Below are positions 63,958-64,000 of a stretch of 64,000 nucleotides of DNA, in pieces (the first letter of the stretch is position 1; each line of letters opens with the position of its first letter). The stretch is from NCBI GenBank assembly GCA_045653945.1, contig JAZOML010000066.1:9900-73899 (forward strand). The letters are read 5' to 3'. The DNA comes from Eubacteriales bacterium. Its GTDB lineage: Bacteria > Bacillota > Clostridia > Oscillospirales > CAG-272. The translations under genes were made by a program, and so were the position numbers. Under the pieces are notes generated by a model. It made no database searches. It was not told the DNA's origin and was given only the letters and a program-made list of their open reading frames with translations.

Positions 63958-64000
63958 ATGAAGCTTGAAGGACTAAAAATTAAATTCCTTTTGCCTATAT
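63958..64000 (+). CDS. Start of an unidentified ORF running off the right window edge
   Basis: ATG 63958 lies 8 nt after GGGAGA. Only 14 codons are visible (MKLEGLKIKFLLPI). Confidence 0.3.
   Translation, partial: MKLEGLKIKFLLPI

Overview
This is a 64 kb chromosomal segment from a low-GC Gram-positive, Clostridia-type genome. That call rests on SpoIIID, a CIRCE-controlled groES-groEL operon, a glgB-C-D-A-P operon, strong GGAGG-type ribosome-binding sites and TTGACA-17-TATAAT promoters. No rRNA, tRNA, CRISPR array, transposase, integrase or phage module was seen.

Layout:
1. 1-11.1 kb (+): a bacterial microcompartment (BMC, metabolosome) locus, cut by the left window edge. It holds a EutP/PduV GTPase, a class II aldolase, a DUF336 protein, a Zn-ADH, six shell genes plus one frameshifted shell paralog, a PduS-like Fe-S flavoprotein, a PduT-like shell protein, a DeoR regulator, AckA, a CoA-acylating aldehyde dehydrogenase and PduL. 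No B12-dependent or glycyl-radical signature enzyme lies inside the window.
2. 11.2-13.3 kb: a DUF1540 mini-protein and an orphan sugar-binding lipoprotein.
3. 13.5-26.6 kb (+): a surface-glycan region. It contains hexose-phosphate mutase, GDP-mannose synthesis, two GT4 transferases, a Wzm/Wzt-type ABC exporter and a WaaL-like ligase. A separately promoted MBOAT O-acylation operon follows, ending in an unusual DUF4234/coiled-coil/SGNH-like/LRR fusion protein.
4. 26.7-28.2 kb: a stand-alone TIR-like/Sel1-repeat gene.
5. 28.2-33.4 kb: an M20 amidohydrolase, a purine permease, and a ZTP-riboswitch-controlled split purO-like/purH-like pair.
6. 33.4-38.7 kb (-): GH2 plus an MFS transporter, and a DUF1538 membrane protein with two PII-like proteins.
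7. 38.8-50.5 kb: HtrA, then GH13 and glgP-A-D-C-B.
8. 50.6-64 kb: spoIIID, an AT-rich orphan gene, groESL, an FtsZ with an N-terminal extension, an AT-rich membrane protein, a divergent orphan GyrB/ParE-like protein, a double activase plus dehydratase-like pair, and an RluA-family pseudouridine synthase.

The most interesting items are the aldolase-type BMC locus and its details, the TIR-like/Sel1 gene, the MBOAT operon fusion protein, the DUF1538/PII module and the AT-rich orphan between spoIIID and groEL. All functional calls come from motif recognition by eye. No database search was run.
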